Shown here piece after piece: positions 36,608-46,263 of a stretch of DNA of 64,000 nucleotides. Position 1 is the first letter of the stretch. Each line of letters opens with the position of its first letter. The notes under the pieces are model-generated. The model was not told the origin of the DNA, did no database searches, and saw nothing but the letters and a program-made list of their open reading frames with translations. The stretch lies in NCBI GenBank assembly GCA_017616555.1, contig JAFZXZ010000032.1, positions 115,862-179,861 of the forward strand, in the 5' to 3' direction. A program made the position numbers and the translations under genes. The DNA is from a bacterium (GTDB taxonomy: Bacteria; Auribacterota; UBA3054).

Positions 36608-39085
36608 ATGAAACGCATTCTTGTTTTCGCCGCCATCCTTTTCATGGCTAATTCGCTCTTCGCCGGCTCCGTTTTGACCCAGAGAGTCGTAAGGGCCCAG
36701 GGCTTTTTGAAAGGCTCCACAACGATCAGCTTGAGCGGACAGCTTGACCAAGCCTTCTTGGACAGCCTGGCTGCCGGAAACGGCATGGCGATCTATAATT
36801 ACCTGGACAGCTATTTGACTTTCCCGATTTTGCTTCCCAAGACCAAGGGGGGTTACGGTACGAAATCCAAAACTCAGAGCATTTCCGTCAGCACGAAGAA
36901 CGGCAAGTTTTCCTGGACGGAAAAAGACGTGACGCCTTACTTCGCTTTCGCCAGCGGCTTTGAAAAAATTAAACCTCTCAAGGCAACTTTCAAATCATCC
37001 GGCACGCTACAGGGCGGCGGCCTTGACGATCTCAGCACGAAGAAATTTGTGGTCTTCGACTTTCCTTGCGATCGCCAGGGCTTAGGTTACCTCGGTTCCT
37101 TGGCCTTCTCGCCGGAAAAGAAAGGCAAAAACTACAAGTTTACCTACAAAGAGGATAATTGGCAGGTGAAGGTCTCCGCCAATGCCAAGGGCAAGGCCAC
37201 AGCTTCCTACAAGCTGCCGCCCGATGCAGCCTCTCCCGCGTTTGTCACAGACGAGTATGTTTTCACCAACCTATATGATTACACTTTCGAGCAGATCGGC
37301 GAAGGAACAGTCGAGCACGGTTTCGTCGGCCCTGATCAGGTCGAACTGCAAGTGACCGAAAACAATGACAAATTCCGCTATTTCCTCTTCAACGGGGAAA
37401 AGATCACAAACGACTATCTCCTGGCCGACCTTGAGCAAGACTCCGAGTTCACAGCCGTCTTCGGAACGTACGACCTCACTGTGGACGTTGTTGGGGAAGG
37501 TAACGTTGTGACTGATTTCATCGGCCCTGATGAAGTAGTTGTCACGATTGGAGAAAGTGAGGGGATTTACCGTTACTCATATGTCGACGATGAAAAAACC
37601 ACGGAGACGAGCCTGACGCTTCAGCTTGAGAAGGACACGCAGTTCACCGCGGTCTTCGGAACATACGATCTTGCCGTAGGCACGGTGGGCGACGGATCTG
37701 TGGAGGTTGAATTTGTCGATCAAGATAAGGCTGAGGTGCGCATTGTGGAACAGGGCGGCCTCTACCGCTACGCACTGGTCGGCGGAGAGAGGACCACGGA
37801 GACGAGCTTCACCATTCAGCTTGACGGCAACACCGACATCACCGCTGTTTTCGGACAATACGCCCTTTCCGTTACCGTAGTTGGCGAGGGTTCGGTGGAT
37901 TACGAATTCATAGGAGCTGACAAAGTGGAAGTCAGAGTTACGGAGGGCGACGCGCTTTTCCGTTATTTTGATGTGAATGGCGTAAAATATTATGACAACC
38001 CGATGACCGTTGTGCTTACGAAAAACACCGAAGTCGAAGCGGTCTTTGGGACTTATAAACTCGAAGTGGTGATTTCTGGAAAAGGTTCTGCTGATACAAA
38101 GTTCACAGGCACTGACAGCGTTAGGATCACTCCCATTGGCGGAGAGGAAGCTTTCCAAAGCTTCTCCTGGAATGATTGCGTTAGTTATGAATCTCCTCTG
38201 CTCCTCGATCTGATGGCGGATACTGTTGTCACAGTGACTTTTGTCAAGGTGAATTATCTGGTCGTTGATATCAGCGGCGGATATACGGCGGAAAGCTGGC
38301 CGCATAAGATCTCAGAATCCGGTCCGGACGTTGGAAGCGACGTCTGCAGGACTAAGGAATTGTGGCTCAAATTTGTTCCCTCCGGTGAATTCAGAATGGG
38401 TTCTCCAGAGAGCGAGTACGGCCGCGGAACCAGGGAAGTTGCGCATCAGGTAACTCTGACCAAGGGTTTTTACATCGGCGTTTTCGAATTGACCAGAAAG
38501 CAGTACGCGCTGATCGCGGGAACAGTTCCCGCGAGTTCTGATGATGACCTCTGCCCTGTCACTAAGGTGACTTTTGATTCTTTGAGAGGAACATCCAAAG
38601 GAGCTAATTGGCCTGCTGACGATGAAGTTGACGCCGGGTCCTTTATGGGCATATTAAGAGCGAAGACCGGCTTGCGTTTCGACCTGCCCACAGAGGCGCA
38701 ATGGGAATACGCTTGCCGTGCCACGACGACTACGGCTTTCAACAACGGCAAGAATCTGGACGACGACGATCTCAATTTGTTTGAAATAGCCTATTACAAG
38801 GGAAACGCTAGTTATCCTCAGAAAGTCGGCAGTCTGAATCCCAATGCCTGGGGCCTTTACGACATGCACGGCAATGTCTGGGAATGGTGCCTCGACTGGT
38901 ATACGAATGATTTGGGCACAGCCCCTGTTACTGATCCGGTCGGTTTGGCAACAGGCTATGAGAAAACATTACGCGGCGGCAGCTTCAATGACGAAGCGAG
39001 CGCCTGCCGTTCCGCTTACCGAGCTCATACGGAAACAGACCATACAATGGACCGTCTCGGCTTCAGGCTGGTAATCAATCAGTAA
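36608..39085 (+). CDS. giant secreted protein, paralog: N-terminal domain, 5 InlB-B-like repeats, C-terminal FGE-sulfatase domain
   Basis: The N-terminal ~220-aa domain is collinear with paralog 1. There are 5 repeats. The C-terminus has WGLYDMHGNVWEWCLDWY and RGGSFNDEASACRSAYR, with a single Cys in the FGE catalytic region. Confidence 0.7.
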   Translation: MKRILVFAAILFMANSLFAGSVLTQRVVRAQGFLKGSTTISLSGQLDQAFLDSLAAGNGMAIYNYLDSYLTFPILLPKTKGGYGTKSKTQSISVSTKNGKFSWTEKDVTPYFAFASGFEKIKPLKATFKSSGTLQGGGLDDLSTKKFVVFDFPCDRQGLGYLGSLAFSPEKKGKNYKFTYKEDNWQVKVSANAKGKATASYKLPPDAASPAFVTDEYVFTNLYDYTFEQIGEGTVEHGFVGPDQVELQVTENNDKFRYFLFNGEKITNDYLLADLEQDSEFTAVFGTYDLTVDVVGEGNVVTDFIGPDEVVVTIGESEGIYRYSYVDDEKTTETSLTLQLEKDTQFTAVFGTYDLAVGTVGDGSVEVEFVDQDKAEVRIVEQGGLYRYALVGGERTTETSFTIQLDGNTDITAVFGQYALSVTVVGEGSVDYEFIGADKVEVRVTEGDALFRYFDVNGVKYYDNPMTVVLTKNTEVEAVFGTYKLEVVISGKGSADTKFTGTDSVRITPIGGEEAFQSFSWNDCVSYESPLLLDLMADTVVTVTFVKVNYLVVDISGGYTAESWPHKISESGPDVGSDVCRTKELWLKFVPSGEFRMGSPESEYGRGTREVAHQVTLTKGFYIGVFELTRKQYALIAGTVPASSDDDLCPVTKVTFDSLRGTSKGANWPADDEVDAGSFMGILRAKTGLRFDLPTEAQWEYACRATTTTAFNNGKNLDDDDLNLFEIAYYKGNASYPQKVGSLNPNAWGLYDMHGNVWEWCLDWYTNDLGTAPVTDPVGLATGYEKTLRGGSFNDEASACRSAYRAHTETDHTMDRLGFRLVINQ
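37274..38260 (+). repeat. 5 in-frame tandem coding repeats (~198 nt each)
   Basis: It has the same repeat family as in 34169..35745. Confidence 0.6.
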
Positions 39086-39106
39086 AGCGATTGGATTCAG
39101 AAAAAA

Positions 39107-39137
39107 ATCCCGGAGTTTCGCTCCGGGATTTTTTTTT
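39107..39137. terminator. bidirectional rho-independent terminator
   Basis: aaaaaaatcccggag-tttcg-ctccgggatttttttt sits between convergent genes. Confidence 0.75.
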
Positions 39138-39825
39138 AGCGAGTGAAGAGAAGGCCCAATTCGAAGAGGGCATAGGCGGGAAGGAAAAGCAAAAGCTGGC
39201 TGACTACGTCCGGGGGAGTGGCGATCGCCGCAAGGATCAATAGGGCGACTATGACGTAGGGTCGCGCTTTTTTCATTTTGGCGTGGTCGATGATCCCGAA
39301 GCGGTTGAGGACGATAACTACAAGCGGAAGCTGGAAGAAGAGTCCGCCTGCCAGCATGAGTCCTCCTGCGAGTCCCAGGAAATTCGCGAGCCCGAAGGTG
39401 GGCTGAAGAGTGGGGCTGGCGAAACTGAAGGCGAAGCGCATCAGGATGGGAAGAATGACGTAGAAAATGAAGGCGGCCCCGGCGATGAAGAGAAGGGAGG
39501 AAAAGACAACGGCTTTGCCAAGAACTTTCTTTTCTTTCTTGTAGAGAGCCGGAGCGACGAATGTCCAGAATTGCCAGGCGATGAAAGGGAAAGCGATGGC
39601 GAAGGACATGATGGCGCCCATTTTTAGTTCCGCGATGAAGGCCTCCATTGGAGAGAAATAATGGAGAGTCGCCTGCTCGGGTGGAAGAAGGAGATTCGTG
39701 AAAACGGGGATCAGTTTGCCGGCTAAAAACCAGCAGACTGGGAAAAGAACAGCGACCGCTAAGAGGGAGCGGAGAAGGACTTTTCTCAGGGCTTCAAGGT
39801 GTCCTAGAAAAGAGTTTTCTTCCAC
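39136..39825 (-). CDS. tatC: Sec-independent translocase subunit TatC
   Basis: HLEALRKVLLRSLL and six TM segments are present. The proposed GTG start at 39825 lies just after the tatA stop. The track's upstream K/R-rich extension is the antisense frame of tatA. Confidence 0.75.
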   Translation of the reverse strand: MEENSFLGHLEALRKVLLRSLLAVAVLFPVCWFLAGKLIPVFTNLLLPPEQATLHYFSPMEAFIAELKMGAIMSFAIAFPFIAWQFWTFVAPALYKKEKKVLGKAVVFSSLLFIAGAAFIFYVILPILMRFAFSFASPTLQPTFGLANFLGLAGGLMLAGGLFFQLPLVVIVLNRFGIIDHAKMKKARPYVIVALLILAAIATPPDVVSQLLLFLPAYALFELGLLFTR

Positions 39826-39829
39826 AGTT

Positions 39830-40033
39830 TCAGTTTTCTTTCTTTTCTTCGGTTTTGGAAGAGCTGTCGTCGGACGCGACTTCTTCCACTTCGGTCTCCA
39901 CTTCGTCTTTGGCTTTCTGGAATTCCTTTTTGGCTTTGCCCAGAGCCCTGGCCAGTTCGGGAATGCGCTTGGCGCCAAAAAGGAGGAGCACCACAATGAT
40001 GATAAGGATTATTTCTGGATAGCCTAAACTCAT
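39830..40033 (-). CDS. tatA: Sec-independent translocase subunit TatA/E
   Basis: The N-terminal TM (IILIIIVVLLLFGAKRIPELARALGKA) and an amphipathic helix are present. Length is 67 aa. Confidence 0.8.
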   Translation of the reverse strand: MSLGYPEIILIIIVVLLLFGAKRIPELARALGKAKKEFQKAKDEVETEVEEVASDDSSSKTEEKKEN

Positions 40034-40042
40034 ATTTGTCTC

Positions 40043-41425
40043 CTAGAAGGAAGTGTTTGCTAAGGTTATGGGAACTTTTTCAATGCAGGTGAAGCGCGGA
40101 GTCAGCATCGCTTCGGGATGTCTTCTGCCGTAGAGGCCGGTCAGGTTAAGAGCTGCCCTTCTCTGGGAGATCCACTTGATGTTGGCAAATAGGTCTCTTA
40201 AGGAGGCGGTGAAGCGCATGTTGTAGGGAACGGATATTGTGCCGTCCTTTTTCAAGTAGAGCGCGCCGAAGCGGGTGGAACCGGTGACAATGCCCTTGGC
40301 GGCGTTCACAATGCCCATATAGTGCAGATAAGGTATGTAGAGTATATCTTTCTCCCTAGGGGCCGCCAGAAGGTCGCTGAGCGTGTTTACGGGGGTGTTG
40401 CCGGATCCGATGGCGATCGACATGGAGGGCACGTCGTGTCCGGTCGGTTCGCCGCCGAATTCTTCCACGGTCTCCTTGTTCCAGAAGAAGTTCTGGAAGA
40501 CGCCTTCTTTTATAAGCGGGAAGGCCTGGCGCTCGATGCCGTTGGCGTCGAAAGCGTAAGGATAGGTGTCTGAGAAGGAGGGGTCGTCCATGACCGTGAG
40601 CAGCGGGCTGAAGATCTGTTTGCCGAGATCTTCTTCCTTTAGGAAGCTCATGTCGTGCTTTAGGCTGCGGCCGTTGTAGCCGATCCAGCTGAAATAAGCC
40701 AAAAGGTTCGAGATGGCGTCTCTTCCGAAGACCACTTCGTATTCACCGAGAGGAACGCTCATGCGCTCTTTATTTTTGTATTGCTCAAGGAGCAGGGCGA
40801 ACTCTTCCCTGAGCTCCTCGGGGGCGAACTGGCTGAACCTGACAGCGGACTGGGAAGACTGGATCTCCCATTTCTCCTTGTCATTCGTTATGACGAGCTC
40901 CATGTTCGCGTCGGTCCCGGCGTGATAGAGAAGATTGTTGTTAAGCGTGTTGGCCCAGGCTTCGTAGATGGCGCCGCTAGATACCATGCCGGCAAGGGAA
41001 AGGCCGTCTCCCAAAAGGTCGTCCGTCGCCTGGCCTACGAGGTCGAGGGCGTCGGCTGTCGTCATGTTCTCGATGCGCTGGTCGAAATTAGAATCGTCGG
41101 GTAGTCTTTCCGGAAGGATGGGGATCTTGCGCTCAAAGCTTACCGGGACGGCGAATTTGGCTATCTCGGCGGCCCTTAGGAGCGCGATCTTCATTCCGTC
41201 GATGTCTTTGGGAGAAGTCGTGGTGGAAAAGGAGCCCTTGGCGCGGCCTAAGGTGACGTCCACGTCCAAGGAAAAAGTGTCCTCGTTGGTGTTCAGTGAG
41301 ACGCCGGAATTGGCGAAGCGGACAAGCTTGGAAACGCCGCGGTGAAAGGTGAATTCCGCCGCGATGTTGCGTTCGCGGGCGAAATTGCGGAGTTCATTAG
41401 CTGCTGCAGCGAAAGTTTCTTTCAT
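40043..41425 (-). CDS. pmbA: TldD/PmbA-family metalloprotease (PmbA/TldE-like)
   Basis: It has the PmbA_TldD fold. The start codon was reset to the ATG at 41425, preceded by aaggagat and just after the tldD stop. Confidence 0.7.
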   Translation of the reverse strand: MKETFAAAANELRNFARERNIAAEFTFHRGVSKLVRFANSGVSLNTNEDTFSLDVDVTLGRAKGSFSTTTSPKDIDGMKIALLRAAEIAKFAVPVSFERKIPILPERLPDDSNFDQRIENMTTADALDLVGQATDDLLGDGLSLAGMVSSGAIYEAWANTLNNNLLYHAGTDANMELVITNDKEKWEIQSSQSAVRFSQFAPEELREEFALLLEQYKNKERMSVPLGEYEVVFGRDAISNLLAYFSWIGYNGRSLKHDMSFLKEEDLGKQIFSPLLTVMDDPSFSDTYPYAFDANGIERQAFPLIKEGVFQNFFWNKETVEEFGGEPTGHDVPSMSIAIGSGNTPVNTLSDLLAAPREKDILYIPYLHYMGIVNAAKGIVTGSTRFGALYLKKDGTISVPYNMRFTASLRDLFANIKWISQRRAALNLTGLYGRRHPEAMLTPRFTCIEKVPITLANTSF

Positions 41426-41438
41426 ATCACATATCTCC

Positions 41439-42914
41439 TTATAGACCGATTTGGACGTTGTCGAAGCGGCAGACGGGAACAAGGTGTCCGAGCCTCATGA
41501 CCTGGCTGGGAAGGCCCTTGCCGCAGTTCGCGACCTGGACAAGCTCGCAGGTCGAGGCGTTGCCGACGGCGGACATCGAGCGCCAGAAGGGCAGCGTCGG
41601 GCTTGAGTAAGTGGGATTGCGGACGATGCCCTTTATGGCGCCGTCCTCCACGAGCCAGCCGATCTCGCAGGCGAAGTGGAACTGCTCTCGGTTGGAGCCG
41701 ATGGACCAGGAGCGGTCTCCGTCCATGATTATGCCTTTCTTGGTGGACTTAACGATATCCTCAAGCGTTCCGTCCGTGCCGGGCAGAATGTTGATGTTAG
41801 TCATACGCTCGATAGGAGCCCTGGTAAAGTCCGTGGCGCGGTTAGAGGCGCCGGACTTTTCGAAGATGATCATGCCGGCTTTCTCGTTGGCTTCTGTGAT
41901 TGTTTGGCGGGAAGTCAAGGCGCTCTGGAGAATGCCGTTTTTTATCAACGTGACGTTCTGGCAGGGGACGCCGTCGTCGTCGAAACCGAAAGAACCCGGG
42001 GAGTTGGGAAGCGTGGCGTCGGCCGCCACGTTCATCTTGTCCGAACCGTAGCGCAAAGTTCCGAAGTCCTCCAGCCTGACGAAGGAGCCGCCGGCGAAGG
42101 AGAGCTCGTAGCCCAGGATGCGGTCGAGTTCCAGCGCATGGCCTACGACTTCGTGAGTCTGCAGGAACATGATGCCGGGCTTAAGGATGACGGAGCGGAC
42201 GTCTTTGGGACAGACAGGAGCGGAGAGAACGGACTCCAGTTCATTGACGATCCTTTCCGCATGATTTAAGAAGCATTTTGGATCCTGCAGGAGTTCCCAG
42301 CCTCTTGTACCCCTGGGATCAAGCGTAAGATTGTAGGTGCGTTCCTGGCTCAAGCCGTCAACGTCGAGGCCGACCACGCGCATGCCGGCGAAGATATCGA
42401 CGATGTCGCGGACGCCGTAGGAGCCTTCGGTGTCAAGAAAGTGGATCTGGCGGTGCTCGGATTCATAGCTCAAAAAGCGCTGCTTGACGAAATCTTTCTG
42501 AAGCTTGGCGTCCACGCTTTTGAAGAACTCAATCTTTTCAGAGAGGGGAATGTCGAAAGGATCGACCTTGCAGGGGGATTTGAAGCGCACGTTGCAAAGC
42601 ACGTCCCTGGGGGCGAGGCGGATCGGACGTTCAAGGCATTTGGCGGCTTCCTTGGCGGATCTCAGAGCTCTTTGGAAAGTGCCGTCCAGATCGTTGAGGG
42701 AGGAGGCGGAGGCGAAGCCCCAGGCGCCGTCCGCAAGGACTCTGACGCCAATGCCGAACTTGGAGTTCTGTTCGCAGCCTCTCAGTTCGCCTTGCAAAAA
42801 GAAAAGCGATTCCGATTCGTCGTAATCATGGAACCTGACGTCGGCGTATTCGGCGCCGGCGGCTTTCAAGCGCGCGAGCTGATCGCGCAGAAGGGGAAGG
42901 TAAACGCTATTCAT
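41439..42914 (-). CDS. tldD: metalloprotease TldD
   Basis: HEVVGHALELD is the TldD HExxxH motif. Length is 491 aa. Confidence 0.85.
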   Translation of the reverse strand: MNSVYLPLLRDQLARLKAAGAEYADVRFHDYDESESLFFLQGELRGCEQNSKFGIGVRVLADGAWGFASASSLNDLDGTFQRALRSAKEAAKCLERPIRLAPRDVLCNVRFKSPCKVDPFDIPLSEKIEFFKSVDAKLQKDFVKQRFLSYESEHRQIHFLDTEGSYGVRDIVDIFAGMRVVGLDVDGLSQERTYNLTLDPRGTRGWELLQDPKCFLNHAERIVNELESVLSAPVCPKDVRSVILKPGIMFLQTHEVVGHALELDRILGYELSFAGGSFVRLEDFGTLRYGSDKMNVAADATLPNSPGSFGFDDDGVPCQNVTLIKNGILQSALTSRQTITEANEKAGMIIFEKSGASNRATDFTRAPIERMTNINILPGTDGTLEDIVKSTKKGIIMDGDRSWSIGSNREQFHFACEIGWLVEDGAIKGIVRNPTYSSPTLPFWRSMSAVGNASTCELVQVANCGKGLPSQVMRLGHLVPVCRFDNVQIGL

Positions 42915-43027
42915 AGATCCTTAAGATGTAAGTTTAATAATCTACTTTATTTTACTAATCCAGCGCCTTTTTGTCAAAGCGGGAAGAGGTTAAAAACGCG
43001 CCGGTTGATTTTGCTATAATTCTCCCC

Positions 43028-45037
43028 ATGAGAGTTGATCTAGGAGGACTTAATTCCCGCCAGAGAGAGGCGGCGGAGACTATAGAAGGGCCGGTTCTGG
43101 TGCTTTCCGGAGCCGGGACAGGCAAGACCCGCACCATCACTTACAGAATAGCCAATATGCTTTCCCACGGCATCGCTCCAAATAAGATCTTGGCCGTGAC
43201 TTTTACGAACAAGGCTGCCGCGGAAATGGCGGAAAGGATAAGGTCCCTTGCGGGGGAGGCGGCCAAGGAGATGCAGATCTCGACTTTCCACAGTCTGGGC
43301 CTCAAGATCATCAGGGAAAACACGGAATATTTCGGGCTTCCTTCCGCTTTCACTATTTATGACACGGCCGATCAAGTCGCGGTGGCCAGGAAAGGGTTGA
43401 GGGAACTGAAAGTTCCCAACAAGAAGTTCGATCCCGACAAGATCCTGTGGCAAATGCAAAACGCCAGGACTGCCGATTACGACAAAATATCTCCCAATTG
43501 TCAGGACCCCGAGGACACCTGGGCCATCCAGCACCTCTGGCCGTATTACCGCGACACGTTATCCAAGTGCGGGGCGGTCGATTTCGAGGACTTGCTTTTC
43601 ATGCCTCTTAGGCTTTTCAAGGAGCGGAAAGATATCCTGGCGGAATACCAGAAACGCTTCCAATACGCGCTGGTGGACGAATACCAGGACACTAATGAAG
43701 CGCAATTCGAGATCATGCGGCTCTTGACGATGAAGAGCCGCAACCTCTGCGCGGTCGGCGACGACGACCAGTCCATTTACGGCTGGCGCGGCGCGGTCAT
43801 CAAAAATATTCTTGATTTCGAGAAGAATTACAAGGAAGCCAAAGTCATAAGGCTGGAGGAGAACTACCGCTCCACCCAGACGATCCTGGACGCCGCCAAC
43901 TGCGTCATTAAAAACAACAAGTTCCGCAAATCCAAGAAACTCTTCACCGCCAACGGCCGCGGGGAGAAAGTTAAGCTCTACTGTGCTGAGAACGAAGAGT
44001 CGGAGTGCGCAAGATTGACGGAGCTTATAGCCGATCTGCACGCGAAAAAGGTTCCCTACGGCGACATGGCTATCCTTATGCGCACCAACACGCAGTCGAT
44101 GCGCTATGAAGAAGCTTTGCGGCGCGCGAGGATCCCTTACGTTCTGAAGGGCAACTTAAGTTTTCTGGACCGCAAGGAAATGCGTGACTTTTTGGGCTAT
44201 CTCAAGCTTATGGTCAACACTTTGGACGAAGAAGCGATCATGCGCGTCATCAACATTCCGAAGAGGAAGATCGGCGCGACAAGTTTGAAAAAACTTTCCG
44301 ATTTCGCGGGCGAGCACAACTGGGACCTTTACACCGCGTTGGGGCATATAGAGGAATGCAAGGAGATAAAAGGCCAGACGAGGGAAGCGATGAAATCCTT
44401 CCACGATCTCGTCGAAAGGTACCGCGGCCTTGTCAAGCCCGGGAACTACGCGCGCTTCGTAAGAGACCTCTGGGAGGATCTGAACTACGAGCAGGAGATC
44501 AGTGAACTCGATACGGCGGACAGGGAGGAGCGTCTTGGCAACGTCAGCCAGCTCATCGAAAGCATCAGTTACTTTGAAAGGGAGAATCCCAATTTAGGCC
44601 TGGACGACTACCTTCAGCAGCTGCATCTCAAGGAAGAGGACGAAGAAGAGGACGACGACAAGGACATGAAAGACAAGAACAAGGTCAAGATGATGACCAT
44701 CCATTCCAGCAAAGGTTTGGAGTTCCCTTACGTTTTTCTGGTCGGCGTGAACGACGGGATCATTCCTCACGAGCGTTCCGTCAATGAAGGCAGCCTGGAA
44801 GAGGAGCGCCGACTTTTCTACGTCGCCGTGACCAGGGCGAAATCCGACCTATATCTGCTTTATCCGGCGGAAAGGACCAGATACGGCGTCACGGAAGCCT
44901 GTGAGAAGTCGCGCTTCATAGACGAGATCGAACCTGAACTTCTTGAAATTTACGACGAGACGGTCCCCAGCGAAGTGACGGACGACGAAGAAGACGAGAT
45001 CTTCGCGAAACTGAAAGGAATGTTCGATAAGAAGTAG
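43028..45037 (+). CDS. UvrD/PcrA-family ATP-dependent DNA helicase
   Basis: The Walker A motif is SGAGTGKTRTITYRIA. Helicase motifs run through TIHSSKGLEFPYVFLVG and a C-terminal Tudor-like tail. An acidic insert EEDEEEDDDKDMKDKNK is present. The start could be at 42971. Confidence 0.8.
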   Translation: MRVDLGGLNSRQREAAETIEGPVLVLSGAGTGKTRTITYRIANMLSHGIAPNKILAVTFTNKAAAEMAERIRSLAGEAAKEMQISTFHSLGLKIIRENTEYFGLPSAFTIYDTADQVAVARKGLRELKVPNKKFDPDKILWQMQNARTADYDKISPNCQDPEDTWAIQHLWPYYRDTLSKCGAVDFEDLLFMPLRLFKERKDILAEYQKRFQYALVDEYQDTNEAQFEIMRLLTMKSRNLCAVGDDDQSIYGWRGAVIKNILDFEKNYKEAKVIRLEENYRSTQTILDAANCVIKNNKFRKSKKLFTANGRGEKVKLYCAENEESECARLTELIADLHAKKVPYGDMAILMRTNTQSMRYEEALRRARIPYVLKGNLSFLDRKEMRDFLGYLKLMVNTLDEEAIMRVINIPKRKIGATSLKKLSDFAGEHNWDLYTALGHIEECKEIKGQTREAMKSFHDLVERYRGLVKPGNYARFVRDLWEDLNYEQEISELDTADREERLGNVSQLIESISYFERENPNLGLDDYLQQLHLKEEDEEEDDDKDMKDKNKVKMMTIHSSKGLEFPYVFLVGVNDGIIPHERSVNEGSLEEERRLFYVAVTRAKSDLYLLYPAERTRYGVTEACEKSRFIDEIEPELLEIYDETVPSEVTDDEEDEIFAKLKGMFDKK

Positions 45038-45045
45038 CCTGGTTC

Positions 45046-46263
45046 TCAACGGCAAAGCTCAAGCAGCGCTTCGCTCAGAATGGCGGTCGTATTCTTTGAG
45101 GAGAAGAAAGAGCTCTCCTCTTCCGTATAGCGGTAAGCTTTCAAATCACAGTCCTGTTCCCAGGCTTTTGCGAGCGTTTCAAGTTTTTCCGCGATGTCGT
45201 TAATGTCAGACTGTTCGGCGGTCAGGCCGTGAAGCTTTTCGACGTATTTCCAGGTCGGGCTGCCTTTGTCCGAAACGGCCAGGATAGGCTTGCCGGAGCC
45301 GACGTAGTCTGGCAGTTTTGAAAGCAGGGAATTTTTGACGACGTCGATGGAAAAGAGCGCGGTGGCTTTTTTCATCCATCCGAGGCTTTCGAAGTAGGGA
45401 ACTTTCGCTATGAAGTCAAGGTTTTCTTCCAGACCTAGCGCTTTTGCTTCGCTACGGTACTTGCCTGGATCAAGGCCTACGAAATGCGCGGTTATTTGCT
45501 TGCGGAATCTCGGCTCTTTGTCCAAAAAGATCTTGAGGGCTTGGAAAAAGTTTAATGGATTATGCCTGCCGTAGAAGGAGCCGACGTGAACGAGGTGAAG
45601 TTTGTCAAAAAAAGGCTCGACTTCAGGATAGAGCGTCTTGTCAAAGCAGTGGGGGACGGTTAGCCCTTTTTTCTGAATTTCGGGAGAGTATTTCCCTAAG
45701 ACAAGCTTTTGCGTCGCTTCGGTCGTGAAGCAAAGCTTGTCAGCCAATTCAACTACTGAGCGTTCCTGGACTCGGTTCACAGCGGAAATAGGCCAAAATC
45801 TTCTGTGGTAGGCGTTGTCCACCCAGGGATCGCTGAAATGGGCCAGCCATGGCAGATTGTAAAGTTTCTTTATTTCCCTGGCGAGAAGATGGCTCGACCA
45901 CTGCAGGCCGAAGGAAGCCAGGCAGTCGAAACTTTCTTTTTCAAGCAGTTTTTTCAGTGCTTTTTTGCCAGCAAAACGCCAGACATATTTGTCATCCGGC
46001 ATGCCGAGGGAAAGGCTGGCCGTAACGTTGGAGAAAAGCCAGTTCTCGAAGGTATAGCCCGGAATGAGCTTTATGCTTTTGTCAAGTTTTTCGCCAAGTG
46101 CCGGGTCGAGCTTGTCTTTCAAAAGCTTGGGATCGGCAGTATAGACCGTAAGCTTCCAGCCCGCTAATGAAAGCGCGTTGGCGGTCTTCAATAGCTGAAG
46201 CGAGCGCGCCAGAAGCTGTGGCGGGAAAATGAATGAGATTATCAAAAGCCTTTTATTCGGCAT
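45046..46263 (-). CDS. glycosyltransferase (GT-B fold, GT4-like)
   Basis: Its size and two-domain organisation fit. It is the last gene of the gcvT-membrane protein operon. Confidence in the family is moderate. Confidence 0.5.
   Translation of the reverse strand: MPNKRLLIISFIFPPQLLARSLQLLKTANALSLAGWKLTVYTADPKLLKDKLDPALGEKLDKSIKLIPGYTFENWLFSNVTASLSLGMPDDKYVWRFAGKKALKKLLEKESFDCLASFGLQWSSHLLAREIKKLYNLPWLAHFSDPWVDNAYHRRFWPISAVNRVQERSVVELADKLCFTTEATQKLVLGKYSPEIQKKGLTVPHCFDKTLYPEVEPFFDKLHLVHVGSFYGRHNPLNFFQALKIFLDKEPRFRKQITAHFVGLDPGKYRSEAKALGLEENLDFIAKVPYFESLGWMKKATALFSIDVVKNSLLSKLPDYVGSGKPILAVSDKGSPTWKYVEKLHGLTAEQSDINDIAEKLETLAKAWEQDCDLKAYRYTEEESSFFSSKNTTAILSEALLELCR

Noticed and set aside
39826-39996. 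K/R-rich N-terminal 57 residues of the track's 286-aa TatC ORF
   Set aside because: This stretch is the reverse frame of the tatA coding region. The real tatC most likely starts at the GTG at 39825 just after the tatA stop.
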